A stretch of 64,000 nucleotides of DNA from Candidatus Margulisiibacteriota bacterium (GCA_034723395.1 JAYEOW010000029.1:32001-96000); one strand, 5' to 3'; numbered from the stretch's first letter, positions 10,406-20,716 are shown. Program-made: numbers and translations. Notes: a model not told the origin generated them from the sequence alone.

Positions 10406-10888
10406 GGTCCATCTTTCCGCCCGCCGCATCCATTTCCGCAGCCAAAATGTCTCTTCGGTCAGGTATTTTACAAAAATGGTATGGATTTTCAAAAACTTTG
10501 CTCCCAGGATATCCATAAAAATCTGATCCCCGATCATTGCGCATTCCTCCGGTTTTGAATTGAGCAGCTTGAATGATTTTAAGAATACAAAAGGGAGCGG
10601 TTTCAGGCTAAACGGGATAGCCGGAATATCCAGGGTCTCTCCAATAAATTTAACCCTTATCGGATGGCGGCTGTTTGAGATGATGCAAAGTTTAAATCCT
10701 TCTTCCTTGCGCATGGCTACCCATTCAAAGACCCGCGGGGAGACATCGTTTACATTCCGGGGGATAAGGGTATCATCGATATCCAGGAGCAGGGAGTTAA
10801 TCCCCATTTTCTTTAATTTTTCAAAATCTATCTCATGGATATTATTTAGGATCTGGTCGGGCTTAAATATTTTTTGAAGCCAGTTCAA
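10388..10888 (-). CDS. yqeG: YqeG-family HAD IIIA phosphatase
   Basis: LDIDDTL, ISN, KP and IGDQIFMDILGA motifs. Confidence 0.88.
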   Translation of the reverse strand: MNWLQKIFKPDQILNNIHEIDFEKLKKMGINSLLLDIDDTLIPRNVNDVSPRVFEWVAMRKEEGFKLCIISNSRHPIRVKFIGETLDIPAIPFSLKPLPFVFLKSFKLLNSKPEECAMIGDQIFMDILGAKFLKIHTIFVKYLTEETFWLRKWMRRAERWTLDKVL

Positions 10889-11096
10889 AGTTTATCCTCC
10901 TTTTGAGCCCCTCTATCAATTTATCAAAGTCTTCTTTGAAATCGGGCGCAACCATCAGTTTAATGGTCGCCTTCGGGCCGGGCTCAGGTTTTGGGGTGCG
11001 AATAGAGACCATCCCCTCAAAGGCCTCAAAATAGGGGCAGATTAGATAAATATCCTCCTTGTTTACTCTAAGAAATACATCGATCGAGTCCATCAT
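10863..11096 (-). CDS. Small protein, DUF4911-like
   Basis: EDIYLICPYFEAFEGMVSIRT pattern; coupled within the operon. Confidence 0.65.
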   Translation of the reverse strand: MMDSIDVFLRVNKEDIYLICPYFEAFEGMVSIRTPKPEPGPKATIKLMVAPDFKEDFDKLIEGLKRRINFELASKNI

Positions 11097-11875
11097 AGTT
11101 TTTCGATGTAGAAGATCAAAACCGCTGGAACATCTTCATATAAGATATCGTTGACCTCCTTTAATTTTTCATTACGGTCGCCTTTTAAGGCGGGATTGAT
11201 ATTTTCAAGTTGGCCCAAAAGTTTATCTACCCGTGGGTTGTCATATCTGGAAAAGTTCGCATTGCCGTCCGACTTAAAGAGCGGTTCGATAAGGGTATAA
11301 CTGTCATAGTTTGCGGCCGCCTCTTCGGTAAAAAGCTGTTTGATATTTGCTTTATAACCGAGCAGATATAAATCGTGTTTGCCCGAAGAAAGCCCATCAA
11401 TCCATTTATCTTCATCAGAATAGGGGATCTCTACCAGTTTTACCTTCATTCCGATATTGCGCAGGTCCTTTTGGATCTGATTGGCAATAGCGACGGTCAT
11501 TAGTCCGTCGGTATGGAGGAGGGTTAGCGTTTTTAAGCGTTTGTCATTCATCGGATAATTGGAGCCTTTCATTAAAAGTTTGGCGTAAGAGACATCCATT
11601 TCGCGCGGGGCAAGGTCGGGATCATAGCCGATCATCTTAGGCGGGATATAGCTTCCCGGGACTACCTCTTCGCTGATGATTTCGGTAAGAATATATTTTT
11701 TATTGATCGTTTGATCGACCGCTTCCCGGACACGGAGATCTTTAAGCACGGGATTTTTCTGGTTGAATGCCATGAACCAGAGGCCATCGTACTCTTTTGC
11801 TAGAGCGAAAGAACAATTAACAATTAACAATGACACAATTAACAATGAATGAAATATTATCTTATTTAGACGCAT
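11093..11875 (-). CDS. Secreted protein equivalent to the C-terminal half of a family-5 ABC substrate-binding protein
   Basis: Signal peptide; LKDLRVREAV, IQKDLRNIG, NFSRYDNPRVDKLL. Confidence 0.75.
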   Translation of the reverse strand: MRLNKIIFHSLLIVSLLIVNCSFALAKEYDGLWFMAFNQKNPVLKDLRVREAVDQTINKKYILTEIISEEVVPGSYIPPKMIGYDPDLAPREMDVSYAKLLMKGSNYPMNDKRLKTLTLLHTDGLMTVAIANQIQKDLRNIGMKVKLVEIPYSDEDKWIDGLSSGKHDLYLLGYKANIKQLFTEEAAANYDSYTLIEPLFKSDGNANFSRYDNPRVDKLLGQLENINPALKGDRNEKLKEVNDILYEDVPAVLIFYIEKL

Positions 11876-12413
11876 ATTTTTTTCTCCCTTGTTCAAAAAG
11901 ATCTTTCCCCTTGGAATCGATCGCCACGATCGCCGGAAAGTCGACTACGTCCAGCGCTAAAATTGCTTCTGACCCGAGATCAGGATAAGCGATCACGGTC
12001 GACTTCTTAATATGGCGCGACATTAAAGCGGCAGTCCCTCCCGGAACGACCATGTAGGCCGCTTTGTATTTTTTCATCGCGGTAATAACCTCTTTTCCGC
12101 GGCGCCCTTTGCCGATCGTTATCTTTACGCCCTGCTTTAGGAGCGCGGGAGTAAAAGGATCCATTCTGGTCGACGTCGTGGGGCCGATCGACCCGATAAT
12201 TTTTCCCTTTGGGGTTGGGGTGGGCGACGCGTAGTAAAGGATCGCCCCTTCGGTTTTAAATGGGGGTTTGTTTTGAAATATCCGATGCGCCGCGTCGCGG
12301 GCAGTATAGATTATTCCAGAGATTAAAACTTTATCGCCAGCTTTTAGGCTTTTGACATCTTTATCGGTTAGCGGTGCTTTTAATTTTATTAGTTTTGATT
12401 TAGATTTCGGCAT
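11862..12413 (-). CDS. Class I fumarate/tartrate hydratase beta subunit
   Basis: YTARDAAH, GPTTSTRMD and IGKG motifs. Confidence 0.92.
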   Translation of the reverse strand: MPKSKSKLIKLKAPLTDKDVKSLKAGDKVLISGIIYTARDAAHRIFQNKPPFKTEGAILYYASPTPTPKGKIIGSIGPTTSTRMDPFTPALLKQGVKITIGKGRRGKEVITAMKKYKAAYMVVPGGTAALMSRHIKKSTVIAYPDLGSEAILALDVVDFPAIVAIDSKGKDLFEQGRKKYASK

Positions 12414-13236
12414 GTTTTACCCTATGCGCGTGACATTCGATATTTATCGCTACCGGCAAACTTGAAATGTGGCACGGCCGCTTTTCAATGTTAACCGCTA
12501 ATGCGGTGATTTTTCCGCCCATCCCCATCGGCCCGATCCCGGTCTTATTGGTTTTATCAAGCAGCTCTTTTTCCCAATCGGCCATATTCTTTTCACTATT
12601 ATGCATTCCAATTTCCCTAAAGAGCGCTTTTTTTGCGATTATCGGTGCGTAATCAAAACTTCCGCCAATACCGACACCGACGATCATTGGCGGGCAGGCG
12701 TTTGGCCCCGCGTTTTTGACGGTGTCCAGAATGAATTCGGAGATTTCCCCTTTTCGGCTGTTTGGATTGAACATTTTAACTGCACTGCAGTTTTCTGCTC
12801 CGCCCCCTTTAGCCATCAAACTGAGTTTTATGTTTTCTCCGGGGACGATCTTAGTGTGGATGATAGCAGGCGTATTATCTCCGCTATTTTTTCGCCTTAA
12901 AGGATCCTTTGCTACCGATTTTCTTAGTTGAGCGTATCCGCGGCTGACCCCTTCATTGATTGCCTCTTCGAGGACGCCATTTATGATTGCAACATCTTGT
13001 CCGACTTCAAGGAAGATTATTGCGAGTCCGGTATCCTGGCAAATGGGGAGTTTTTCTCTCCAGGCAGTTTTGGAATTGTTTATTAGCTGCCTGATGATTT
13101 CTCTTCCGGTGGGGGAGGTCTCTTTGGCCAGCGCTTTGTTCAATGCTCCGGTAACGTCTTCTGGTAAGGAAGTGGTCGCTTCAACGCAGAGTTTTTTTAC
13201 CGTATCGGTGATCTTTTTTGCTACGACTTCTCTCAT
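12400..13236 (-). CDS. Class I fumarate/tartrate hydratase alpha subunit
   Basis: PICQDTG, KGGGAEN, NACPP and CHA motifs; next to mdh. Confidence 0.92.
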   Translation of the reverse strand: MREVVAKKITDTVKKLCVEATTSLPEDVTGALNKALAKETSPTGREIIRQLINNSKTAWREKLPICQDTGLAIIFLEVGQDVAIINGVLEEAINEGVSRGYAQLRKSVAKDPLRRKNSGDNTPAIIHTKIVPGENIKLSLMAKGGGAENCSAVKMFNPNSRKGEISEFILDTVKNAGPNACPPMIVGVGIGGSFDYAPIIAKKALFREIGMHNSEKNMADWEKELLDKTNKTGIGPMGMGGKITALAVNIEKRPCHISSLPVAINIECHAHRVKHAEI

Positions 13237-13275
13237 ATCAATGACCAATGCCTAATGACGAATGACTAATTATGG

Positions 13276-14199
13276 TCATGTTATTTTATTATTATTTTCC
13301 CGGATAACTTCAGCTGACTTATGGAGGGCGGCTTTCTCTTTTTCGGTTAGTTCTATTTCAATTACCTCTTTTACCCCGTTTCTTCCAAGTTTTGCCGGGA
13401 GACCGATATAAAGACCCTTTAATCCGTATTCACCATCCGTGTAGACCGAAGAGGGGATAACCTCTTCTTTATCTCGCAGGATAGATTCTATCATATGGGC
13501 GGCGGCAGCTGAAGGGGCATAATAGGCGGAGCCGGTTTTTAAGTGGGCAACTATTTCAGCTCCCCCCTTGCGGGTCCTTTCCACGATTTGGTCGATATTC
13601 TTTTGAGGGAGGAGTTTTTCGATCGATTTGCCAGAAACGGTGGTTTGGCTGGGAACCGGGACCATGAGGTCGCCGTGAGTGCCCAAAACCATCGCTTTTA
13701 CTTCGGTTACCGGGACATTCAGCTCCATCGCGATAAAAGTTGCCATCCTTGCCAGATCGAGCAGGGGAGCCATTCCTAATACTTTCTTAGGATCGAAACC
13801 CAAGGTTTTCCAGGCGACATAGGTCATTGTATCTAAAGGATTGGTGACCAGCAGAACGATCGAATTAGGGGCAAATTCTTTTATCTTTTCGGATACCGAA
13901 GTAATGATCGCAGTGTTCTTTGCTAAAAGATCATCCCTGCTCATCCCCGGTTTGCGGGCGAGTCCGGCGGTTACGACTACGATCTCTGAATCTTTGATCA
14001 GAGAAAAATCATTGGTGCCGGTTATTTTCGAGTCATAGCCGACAACCGGTCCGGCCTGCATCATATCGAGTGCTTTTCCTTGAGGGATTCCTTCGATAAT
14101 ATCGACTAAGACGATATCGCCCAGCTTTTTTTCGGCTAGTCGGCGGGCGACTTCGGCTCCCACATTACCAGCGCCAATCACACTAATTTTAGACGTCAT
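13276..14199 (-). CDS. mdh: Malate dehydrogenase (LDH-like)
   Basis: GAGNVG, ARKPGMSRDDL, NPLD and GSAYYAP motifs. Confidence 0.95.
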   Translation of the reverse strand: MTSKISVIGAGNVGAEVARRLAEKKLGDIVLVDIIEGIPQGKALDMMQAGPVVGYDSKITGTNDFSLIKDSEIVVVTAGLARKPGMSRDDLLAKNTAIITSVSEKIKEFAPNSIVLLVTNPLDTMTYVAWKTLGFDPKKVLGMAPLLDLARMATFIAMELNVPVTEVKAMVLGTHGDLMVPVPSQTTVSGKSIEKLLPQKNIDQIVERTRKGGAEIVAHLKTGSAYYAPSAAAAHMIESILRDKEEVIPSSVYTDGEYGLKGLYIGLPAKLGRNGVKEVIEIELTEKEKAALHKSAEVIRENNNKIT

Positions 14200-14236
14200 G
14201 GGGATAGTTTATCAGAATTTTAAGGGGAGATCAATT

Positions 14237-15046
14237 TTAGACGGGCAGGTGATCAGCCAATATAACTAATTCTTCGATCGACAGCGTTTCCGGCCTTCGA
14301 TTTAGATCGATCCCGGCATCTTCTAGGTTAAACTCCTTCAGCGAATTCCTAATCATCTTTCTCCGCTGCTGGAAAGCTGCGTGGACGACATCGAAGAACC
14401 GTTTCTCATCCTTAACTTTATATTTCGGAGTCTGGCGTGGTTTTAGAACAACCACTGCTGACCCAACTTCCGGCCATGGGTAGAAAGATGATTTGCTGAC
14501 AAATGAATTAAGCGAAACCTCGGCGTGATACTGGACAAAAACCGAAAACGAACCGTATTTTTTCGTTCCCGGGGATGCTGCCATCCGTTCGGAGACCTCT
14601 TTCTGGACCATGATTACCGCAAGCTCCGGTTTATCTTCGATCGTTAATATTTTTTCGACGATAGGGGCGGTAATATAATAGGGGAGATTACCGATAATCT
14701 TATATCTTCTTCCCATGATCAGTTTCTGCAGGTCGGTCTTTAATATGTCTTTAGAGATAAAACTGATATTGTCGAAAGGCTTTAAAACCTCTTTGCTGAT
14801 ACTGAGAAGCTCTTTGTCGATTTCGATCGCGATCAGGTGATAGACATGTTTGGCTAGTTCGGAAGTAACAACTCCGAGCCCGGAACCGATCTCGATTACC
14901 AGGTCGTCCTTGGAAAGTTCTCCTGCATTAATGATCCGTTTGAGGACCTGGGGATCCACCAAAAAATGCTGGCCCAAACGTTTGCGTGGAAATCTGCCGT
15001 GGACTAATAGTAGTTCTTTGGTGATCTGTGCCAGGGTCGGGGTCAT
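14237..15046 (-). CDS. rsmA: 16S rRNA adenine dimethyltransferase
   Basis: LGQHFL, EIGSGLG, GNLPYYIT, MVQKEV and RPETLS motifs. Confidence 0.96.
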   Translation of the reverse strand: MTPTLAQITKELLLVHGRFPRKRLGQHFLVDPQVLKRIINAGELSKDDLVIEIGSGLGVVTSELAKHVYHLIAIEIDKELLSISKEVLKPFDNISFISKDILKTDLQKLIMGRRYKIIGNLPYYITAPIVEKILTIEDKPELAVIMVQKEVSERMAASPGTKKYGSFSVFVQYHAEVSLNSFVSKSSFYPWPEVGSAVVVLKPRQTPKYKVKDEKRFFDVVHAAFQQRRKMIRNSLKEFNLEDAGIDLNRRPETLSIEELVILADHLPV

Positions 15047-16035
15047 CTAATTTTGGCAAAATGTGTGGCGACTTTGATCGCCTCGATCAAGCTCTGCGGC
15101 TTGGCCCACCCTTTACCGGCAATATCAAAGCCAGTCCCGTGATCGACCGAAGTGCGGATGATCGGCAGGCCGACCGTAACATTGACCGAATGGTTGAAGG
15201 AGAGAAGTTTTAACGGGATCAATCCCTGGTCATGATACATTGCGATCACAATATCGAACATCCCGATGTTTGCTAGATAGAAAATCGCATCGGGCGAGAT
15301 CGGGCCTTTGACATTGATCCCAAGCTTTTTCGCTGCGTCAACGGCCGGTTTGATAATCTTTATCTCTTCATCGCCAAAGATACCTGCTTCACCAGCGTGA
15401 GGATTAAGACCCGCCACCCCGATCTTCGGTTTTTTCCCGCGGAGCTTTAGAAGGGTTTCGTGGGCGAGTTTTATCCTTTTGACGATCTTTTGTTTATCAA
15501 TATGTTTACTAACTTCTTTTAATGGCAGGTGGGTAGTGACCAGCATAATCCAAAGTGAATCGGAGATAAACATCATTGCGTAATCCTTGGCGCCGGTCCG
15601 CGTGGCCAGGATCTCGGTATGTCCCTGGAATTTATAGCCCGCTTTATGGATCGACTCTTTATTGATTGGCCCGGTAGTGATCGCGTCGATCTTTCCGTCT
15701 TTGGCCAGGCGGATCGCTTTTTCGATATATTCTACCGAGGCTTTGCCGGCCGCTTTTGAGACCTGGCCCAACTTTAGGCTCGCGCCGACGTTTTTTAGAT
15801 TGAGGACATCGATGATGCCGCGCTGGAATTTTGCTTCGGATATTTTTTTGATCGGATTGATCTCGATGTTGGGGATCTTAGAGACCTTGATTCCCTGGCG
15901 CATCGCCTTTTTATCGCCGATTACAACACAGTTAGCGATGACTTGAATTTCGTTGTCAGTTAAAGCCTTAGCGCAGATTTCGGGGCCGATCCCGGCGGGA
16001 TCGCCCATGGTGACGCCGACTACCGGCTTATACAT
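15043..16035 (-). CDS. pdxA: 4-hydroxythreonine-4-phosphate dehydrogenase family
   Basis: GDPAGIGPE, GLNPHAGE, MYHDQG and RTSVDHGT motifs. Confidence 0.95.
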   Translation of the reverse strand: MYKPVVGVTMGDPAGIGPEICAKALTDNEIQVIANCVVIGDKKAMRQGIKVSKIPNIEINPIKKISEAKFQRGIIDVLNLKNVGASLKLGQVSKAAGKASVEYIEKAIRLAKDGKIDAITTGPINKESIHKAGYKFQGHTEILATRTGAKDYAMMFISDSLWIMLVTTHLPLKEVSKHIDKQKIVKRIKLAHETLLKLRGKKPKIGVAGLNPHAGEAGIFGDEEIKIIKPAVDAAKKLGINVKGPISPDAIFYLANIGMFDIVIAMYHDQGLIPLKLLSFNHSVNVTVGLPIIRTSVDHGTGFDIAGKGWAKPQSLIEAIKVATHFAKIR

Positions 16036-17197
16036 TGTACTTTATCCCCGCCTTTTTCATGCGGGAGAGAGCCTCTTTGAGCCTTTCTTCCGTATCAACC
16101 AGAGAGATTCGCACATATCCTTCCCCCAGCTCACCAAACCCTATCCCTGGAGATACTACCACCCCGGTTTCATGGATCAAGTGGTTTGTAAAAGAGCTGG
16201 CATTAAAACCCGACGGGACCGGGATCCAAAGGTACATAGCGGCCATCGGCTTTTTAATGTTCCAGCCGAGGCTGTTTAATCCATCAACCATGATATCTCT
16301 TCTTTTCTGGTAAGTGGCCCGCATATTGTCTAAATAACTTTTTTTAACCTTTAACGCGGAGATCGAAGCTTTTACTACTGCGCAAAAGGGACCATAATCT
16401 AGATTAGTTTTCATTGAACGGAGAGATTCGATCAGTTTCGCGTTGCCGATAGCAAATCCCATCCTCCAGCCGGCCATCCCGAATGTTTTAGACAGGGTAT
16501 GAAATTCGATGCAAACATCTTTTGCGTCCGGGATCGAAAGGCAGGAGATCGGTTTTTTCCCTTCAAAATAGAGTTCGGCATAAGCAAAATCGTGTACTAA
16601 GATAAGGTCGTACTTTTTAGCAAAGGCGACCGCTTTTTCAAAAAATGACCTGGGGGCAACCGCCGCGGTCGGATTAGTCGGATAAGAGAGAAAAAGGATC
16701 TTTGCCCGCTTGGCAATGGAAGCATCAATGATGTCCAGGTCAGGGATGAACCCATTATTTTCAACGGTTGGCAGGATAAATGGTTCTGCTCCAGCAAGGA
16801 TTGGCCCTCTGAAGTGAGCGGGATAGGCGGGGGAGGGGGTTAAAACCGTATCTCCCGGGTTTAAAAAGGCAAAACAAAAATGGACGATCCCCTCTTTGCT
16901 TCCTAAAAGTTCGATCACTTCATTCTTCTTAATGTCAATGTTGTACTGTTTTTTACACCAGGCAATAACCGCAGACTTGAATTCTGGATCGCCTTCAAAA
17001 GATGAGTAGCGATGGCTCTGCGGATCTTTTACCGCTTTTACTAAAGCTTCGACCACTTCTTTGGGAGGGGGAACGTTAGGGGAGCCGATGCTAAGATCTA
17101 TCAGGTCTTTCCCGTTGGCCCGCTCCTTGGCTTTTTGTTTATCCAGCTGGGCAAATAGATAAATCGGTAATTTTTGTAATCTGTCTGATTCTTTCAT
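16028..17197 (-). CDS. Class I/II PLP aminotransferase (LL-diaminopimelate aminotransferase-like)
   Basis: GSKEG, YPTNPT, HDFAY and LSKTFGMAGWRMG motifs. Confidence 0.88.
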   Translation of the reverse strand: MKESDRLQKLPIYLFAQLDKQKAKERANGKDLIDLSIGSPNVPPPKEVVEALVKAVKDPQSHRYSSFEGDPEFKSAVIAWCKKQYNIDIKKNEVIELLGSKEGIVHFCFAFLNPGDTVLTPSPAYPAHFRGPILAGAEPFILPTVENNGFIPDLDIIDASIAKRAKILFLSYPTNPTAAVAPRSFFEKAVAFAKKYDLILVHDFAYAELYFEGKKPISCLSIPDAKDVCIEFHTLSKTFGMAGWRMGFAIGNAKLIESLRSMKTNLDYGPFCAVVKASISALKVKKSYLDNMRATYQKRRDIMVDGLNSLGWNIKKPMAAMYLWIPVPSGFNASSFTNHLIHETGVVVSPGIGFGELGEGYVRISLVDTEERLKEALSRMKKAGIKYNV

Positions 17198-18054
17198 TTT
17201 ATTAGATCCTTAGCGTGATAAGAGCTTCTTACAAACGGACCAGCAAAAACCTTTAATCCAAATTTTTCTCCAGCCGCTTTGTACTCTTCAAATTCACTGG
17301 GTTCTACGTATCTTACTACCTTTTGGTGTGATTTTGAAGGGGGAAGATACTGCCCGATGGTTACGATATCGCAGGCAATGTTTTTCAGGTCGTTTAAAAC
17401 TGAAAAAACCTCTTCTTTTTTCTCTCCCAATCCTACCATAATCCCGCTCTTAGTGTAAATCTTTTCCTTCAGACGTTTTGTCATTTTCAAGACAGATAAG
17501 GAGCGTTTATAGCCGGCTTCCGGCCGTATTTGGGAATAGAGCCTGGGAACCGTTTCCAGATTATGGTTCAAGACAAAAGGATTGGAGTTAAGAGCGGTCG
17601 CTAACGATGTTTCATTCCCTTTAAAGTCGGGGATTAATACCTCTACTTTGATATTTGTTGTGTGAGCCGTGATATGTGAGTTGTGATATGTGAGTTGCCT
17701 GACAACTTTTGCAAATTGGGCTGCGCCGCCATCTGGAAGATCGTCTCTTGTTACCGAAGTAATAACGACATATTGTAAACCTAATTTTGTTGCGGTCCGA
17801 GCGATTCTTTCCGGTTCTTTCGGATCAAGGGGGATGGGTGTTCCTTTTCTTACTCCGCAGAAACGGCAGCTGCGGGTACAACGGTCACCCAGGATCATAA
17901 AGGTCAAAGTGTTATTTTTAAAACATTCGCCGATATTCGGGCATTTAGCCAATTCGCAGACGGTATGGATGTTATCGTCGTTAATGATTGCGCGGATTCG
18001 GCGGATATGCTTTTGCTTCGGCGTTTTTTTTATAAGGAAGTCAGGCAAGCTCAC
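17194..18054 (-). CDS. lipA: Lipoyl synthase
   Basis: CxxxxCxxxxxC (CELAKCPNIGEC), radical-SAM CTRSCRFC and VRSSYHA. Probable GTG start at 18054. Confidence 0.95.
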   Translation of the reverse strand: MSLPDFLIKKTPKQKHIRRIRAIINDDNIHTVCELAKCPNIGECFKNNTLTFMILGDRCTRSCRFCGVRKGTPIPLDPKEPERIARTATKLGLQYVVITSVTRDDLPDGGAAQFAKVVRQLTYHNSHITAHTTNIKVEVLIPDFKGNETSLATALNSNPFVLNHNLETVPRLYSQIRPEAGYKRSLSVLKMTKRLKEKIYTKSGIMVGLGEKKEEVFSVLNDLKNIACDIVTIGQYLPPSKSHQKVVRYVEPSEFEEYKAAGEKFGLKVFAGPFVRSSYHAKDLIK

Positions 18055-19099
18055 GGAGCATCTTTTCCAGTCTTTCGTAATTGGCCGCGTAGACCATGGC
18101 GGTGTCTTTGGTAACCCGTTTCTTTTTAACCAGATCGCGCAGCGAAACATCCATGCTGATCATTCCGTATTGGGTGCCGAGATCGACCATCGAATAGATA
18201 TCTTGGGTAGAACCCTTTCGAATAATATTTCTAATTGCCGTGGTGGCGATCATTATCTCTAGGGCCATTGCCAGGCCGCTGTTATCAGCTTTAGGGATAA
18301 GTTGCTGCGAGATAATTCCCTCTAAGCAGAGAGAGAGCATGCTGCGGATTTGTAATTGCTGGTAGGGTGGGAATACGTCGATCATCCGGTCGACCGATTG
18401 TACTGCGTCCTGGGTATGCAGGGTAGAAATTACCAGATGTCCGGTCTCGGCGGCAGTCACCGCCATTTGGATAGATTCGAGGTCCCTCATTTCTCCGACC
18501 AAAATTACATCGGGGATCTGGCGCAGGACACGTTTTAGCGCTTCGCCAAAAGATTTTGTGTCGATCCCTACTTCTCTCTGCTCGACCACCGAAAGTTTAG
18601 GGGTATGCATATATTCGATCGGATCTTCGATCGTGATAATATGGCAAGAACGGGTTGCATTAATATGGTCGATCATCGCCGCCTGGGTAGTAGATTTTCC
18701 GCAGCCGGTGGGGCCGGTTACCAGGACCAATCCTCTTTCGAGTTGAGTGAGATCTTTTATCTTTTGCGGTAAATTCAGCTCGTTGAAAGATGGGGGGGGG
18801 TTAGGTACCCGGCGGATAGTTGCCGCGATCGTCCCTTTTTGATAATGAAGGTTCACCCGGTAACGGCTGTGCATGTCCTCATAGGAGGTGTCTAATTCTT
18901 TTTCTTTCTTAAAAACAACTAAATCCTCTTTGCTAATGATTTCTTTGATCAATTCTGAGATCTCTTCCTCGGTTAGAGGCTCTTCCCTCTGTTTTTGTAA
19001 AAAAGTATTGATCCTAAGCGCTGGGGGGTTGCCGACTGCAAGAAGAAGATCGGAGGCTCTAGATTTATTCAGATCGGAGAGTAGGGTTTTTAAATACAT
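18041..19099 (-). CDS. pilT: Type IV pilus retraction ATPase, PilT/PilU family
   Basis: GPTGCGKST, TIEDPIE, GEMRD, AAETGHLV and AIRNIIR motifs. Confidence 0.93.
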   Translation of the reverse strand: MYLKTLLSDLNKSRASDLLLAVGNPPALRINTFLQKQREEPLTEEEISELIKEIISKEDLVVFKKEKELDTSYEDMHSRYRVNLHYQKGTIAATIRRVPNPPPSFNELNLPQKIKDLTQLERGLVLVTGPTGCGKSTTQAAMIDHINATRSCHIITIEDPIEYMHTPKLSVVEQREVGIDTKSFGEALKRVLRQIPDVILVGEMRDLESIQMAVTAAETGHLVISTLHTQDAVQSVDRMIDVFPPYQQLQIRSMLSLCLEGIISQQLIPKADNSGLAMALEIMIATTAIRNIIRKGSTQDIYSMVDLGTQYGMISMDVSLRDLVKKKRVTKDTAMVYAANYERLEKMLRELA

Positions 19100-19114
19100 G
19101 CTAACGACCTCATT

Positions 19115-19143
19115 TTGACTTTAACTGTTGATTACTATATAAT
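19115..19143 (+). promoter_or_regulatory. sigma70-type promoter of pilD
   Basis: TTGACT-N17-TATAAT. Confidence 0.7.
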
Positions 19144-19166
19144 CTCCTCATCCCTATGTCAAGGTT

Positions 19167-19919
19167 ATGCTTTATTTCATAATTGGAACAGTTGTCGGAA
19201 GTTTTTTAAATGTGTGTATCCATCGGCTGCCCCGAGAAGAATCGATAGTTTTCCCACCTTCTCATTGCCCCCGATGCAAACATAAGCTCTCTTTTTTTGA
19301 TCTGGTCCCGATCGTTAGTTATTTTATTTTACGCGGAAAGTGCCGATATTGCGGTGAAAAGATATCTTTTCGATACCCTCTAGTTGAATTAGTTACCGGC
19401 CTGTTATTTGCCCTGATTGGCTATCTTTTTCCGATAATGATCCAGCCGGTCGATTTCTTTTTTTCTGTAGTTTTTATTATGCTGCTCATGGTGGTATTTT
19501 TTGTTGACCATGAGCAGTTGGTCATTCCGGACAGTATCAATATTATAGGGGTGATACTCGGGCTTTTATATAACTTTCTGAAAGGGAATATCTTATCTGC
19601 TTTATCAGGGATGCTGCTCGCCTATTCAGCCATGTTTCTGATCGCAAAGATCGGAAAACTTTCCCTCAAAAGAGATGCTATGGGGGAGGGGGACTTGTAT
19701 TTATCCGCTTTTTTGGGGGCGGTGTTGGGATGGAAGGTAGTTTTGCTTTCGCTTTTCATCGCTTATCTTATCGCGGGAGCGACCGCAGTCTTGTTGCTGT
19801 TGATGAATAAGGTCGAGTTTGGCCAGGAGGTCCCTTTTGGAGGGGCGTTAGCGGCTAGCGGGATCATATCATTTTTTTACGGCCAGCAGATCCTGGCCTG
19901 GTATTTTGGGATAATGTAG
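19167..19919 (+). CDS. pilD: Prepilin peptidase (A24)
   Basis: GSFLNVCIHRLP, two CxxC pairs, MGEGD and PFG motifs. Confidence 0.95.
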   Translation: MLYFIIGTVVGSFLNVCIHRLPREESIVFPPSHCPRCKHKLSFFDLVPIVSYFILRGKCRYCGEKISFRYPLVELVTGLLFALIGYLFPIMIQPVDFFFSVVFIMLLMVVFFVDHEQLVIPDSINIIGVILGLLYNFLKGNILSALSGMLLAYSAMFLIAKIGKLSLKRDAMGEGDLYLSAFLGAVLGWKVVLLSLFIAYLIAGATAVLLLLMNKVEFGQEVPFGGALAASGIISFFYGQQILAWYFGIM

Positions 19920-19922
19920 CAG

Positions 19923-20192
19923 ATGAAAAGATTTGGCTTTATATTATTTATTCTAATCATCATCTACTTTATTTTTCTCATCCGTCAGGATATAATTGGT
20001 AACCTGGAGCTAAAGCAGCAGGCCAAGAATATTGCGGTAGAACTTAAACGAGAGAAGATCCGGGCTAAAAATCTGCAAGACAAATTAAAAGCTCTCAACC
20101 GCAATAGTTATATCGAAAGCCTCGCGCGTACACGTTTAGGAATGATCAAAAAGGGGGAGACCCCTTATAAGGTGATAGAAAAAAATGACTAA
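19923..20192 (+). CDS. FtsB/DivIC septum formation initiator family
   Basis: N-terminal TM helix, coiled coil, IESLARTRLGMIKKGE. Confidence 0.85.
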   Translation: MKRFGFILFILIIIYFIFLIRQDIIGNLELKQQAKNIAVELKREKIRAKNLQDKLKALNRNSYIESLARTRLGMIKKGETPYKVIEKND

Positions 20193-20303
20193 TGCCGAAT
20201 GACTTAATGACTAATGGATGTAAAATTATTATAATAATAAGCTCATTCATTCGTCATTAATTAATTAGTCATTAGTAATTATCCAGTAGGGGGTGAAGTA
20301 GAA

Positions 20304-20708
20304 TTGCCCATTGATATTGGGTCCGAGATTGAAGGTAAAGTGACCGGGATAGCGAATTTTGGCGCGTTTATAGAATTGCCGGAGAGGAATGCCGGACTGG
20401 TCCATATTTCGCAAGTTGCCGATAATTATGTGACTGATATTAGCAAACATATAAATGTTGGAGATATGGTAAAAGTTAAGGTCTTGGGAATTAACAAGAC
20501 TGGTAAATATGATCTTTCGATCAAGCAGGTCGGTAAACCTGCCTGGCAGCAGAAAAGACGAAGGATCGAAGCGCCCAAGGGGAAGCCGGTTCCGGGTACA
20601 TTTGAGGATAAGATTACCGCTTTTCTTAAGCAAAGCGATGAAAAACTGCAGGATTGGAAAAAGAATTTAGAGCAGAAGCAGGGTGGACGAAAGAAGAAAT
20701 TCACCTAG
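20304..20708 (+). CDS. S1 RNA-binding domain protein (YabR/YugI-like)
   Basis: GKVTGIANFGAF, GLVHISQVA and FEDKITAFLK motifs; TTG start. Confidence 0.9.
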   Translation: MPIDIGSEIEGKVTGIANFGAFIELPERNAGLVHISQVADNYVTDISKHINVGDMVKVKVLGINKTGKYDLSIKQVGKPAWQQKRRRIEAPKGKPVPGTFEDKITAFLKQSDEKLQDWKKNLEQKQGGRKKKFT

Positions 20709-20716
20709 GTCTATAT

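Noticed and set aside
18055..18150. Long N-terminus of lipA in the ORF track
   Set aside because: It overlaps pilT by more than 100 bp, and LipA homology starts near the GTG at 18054.
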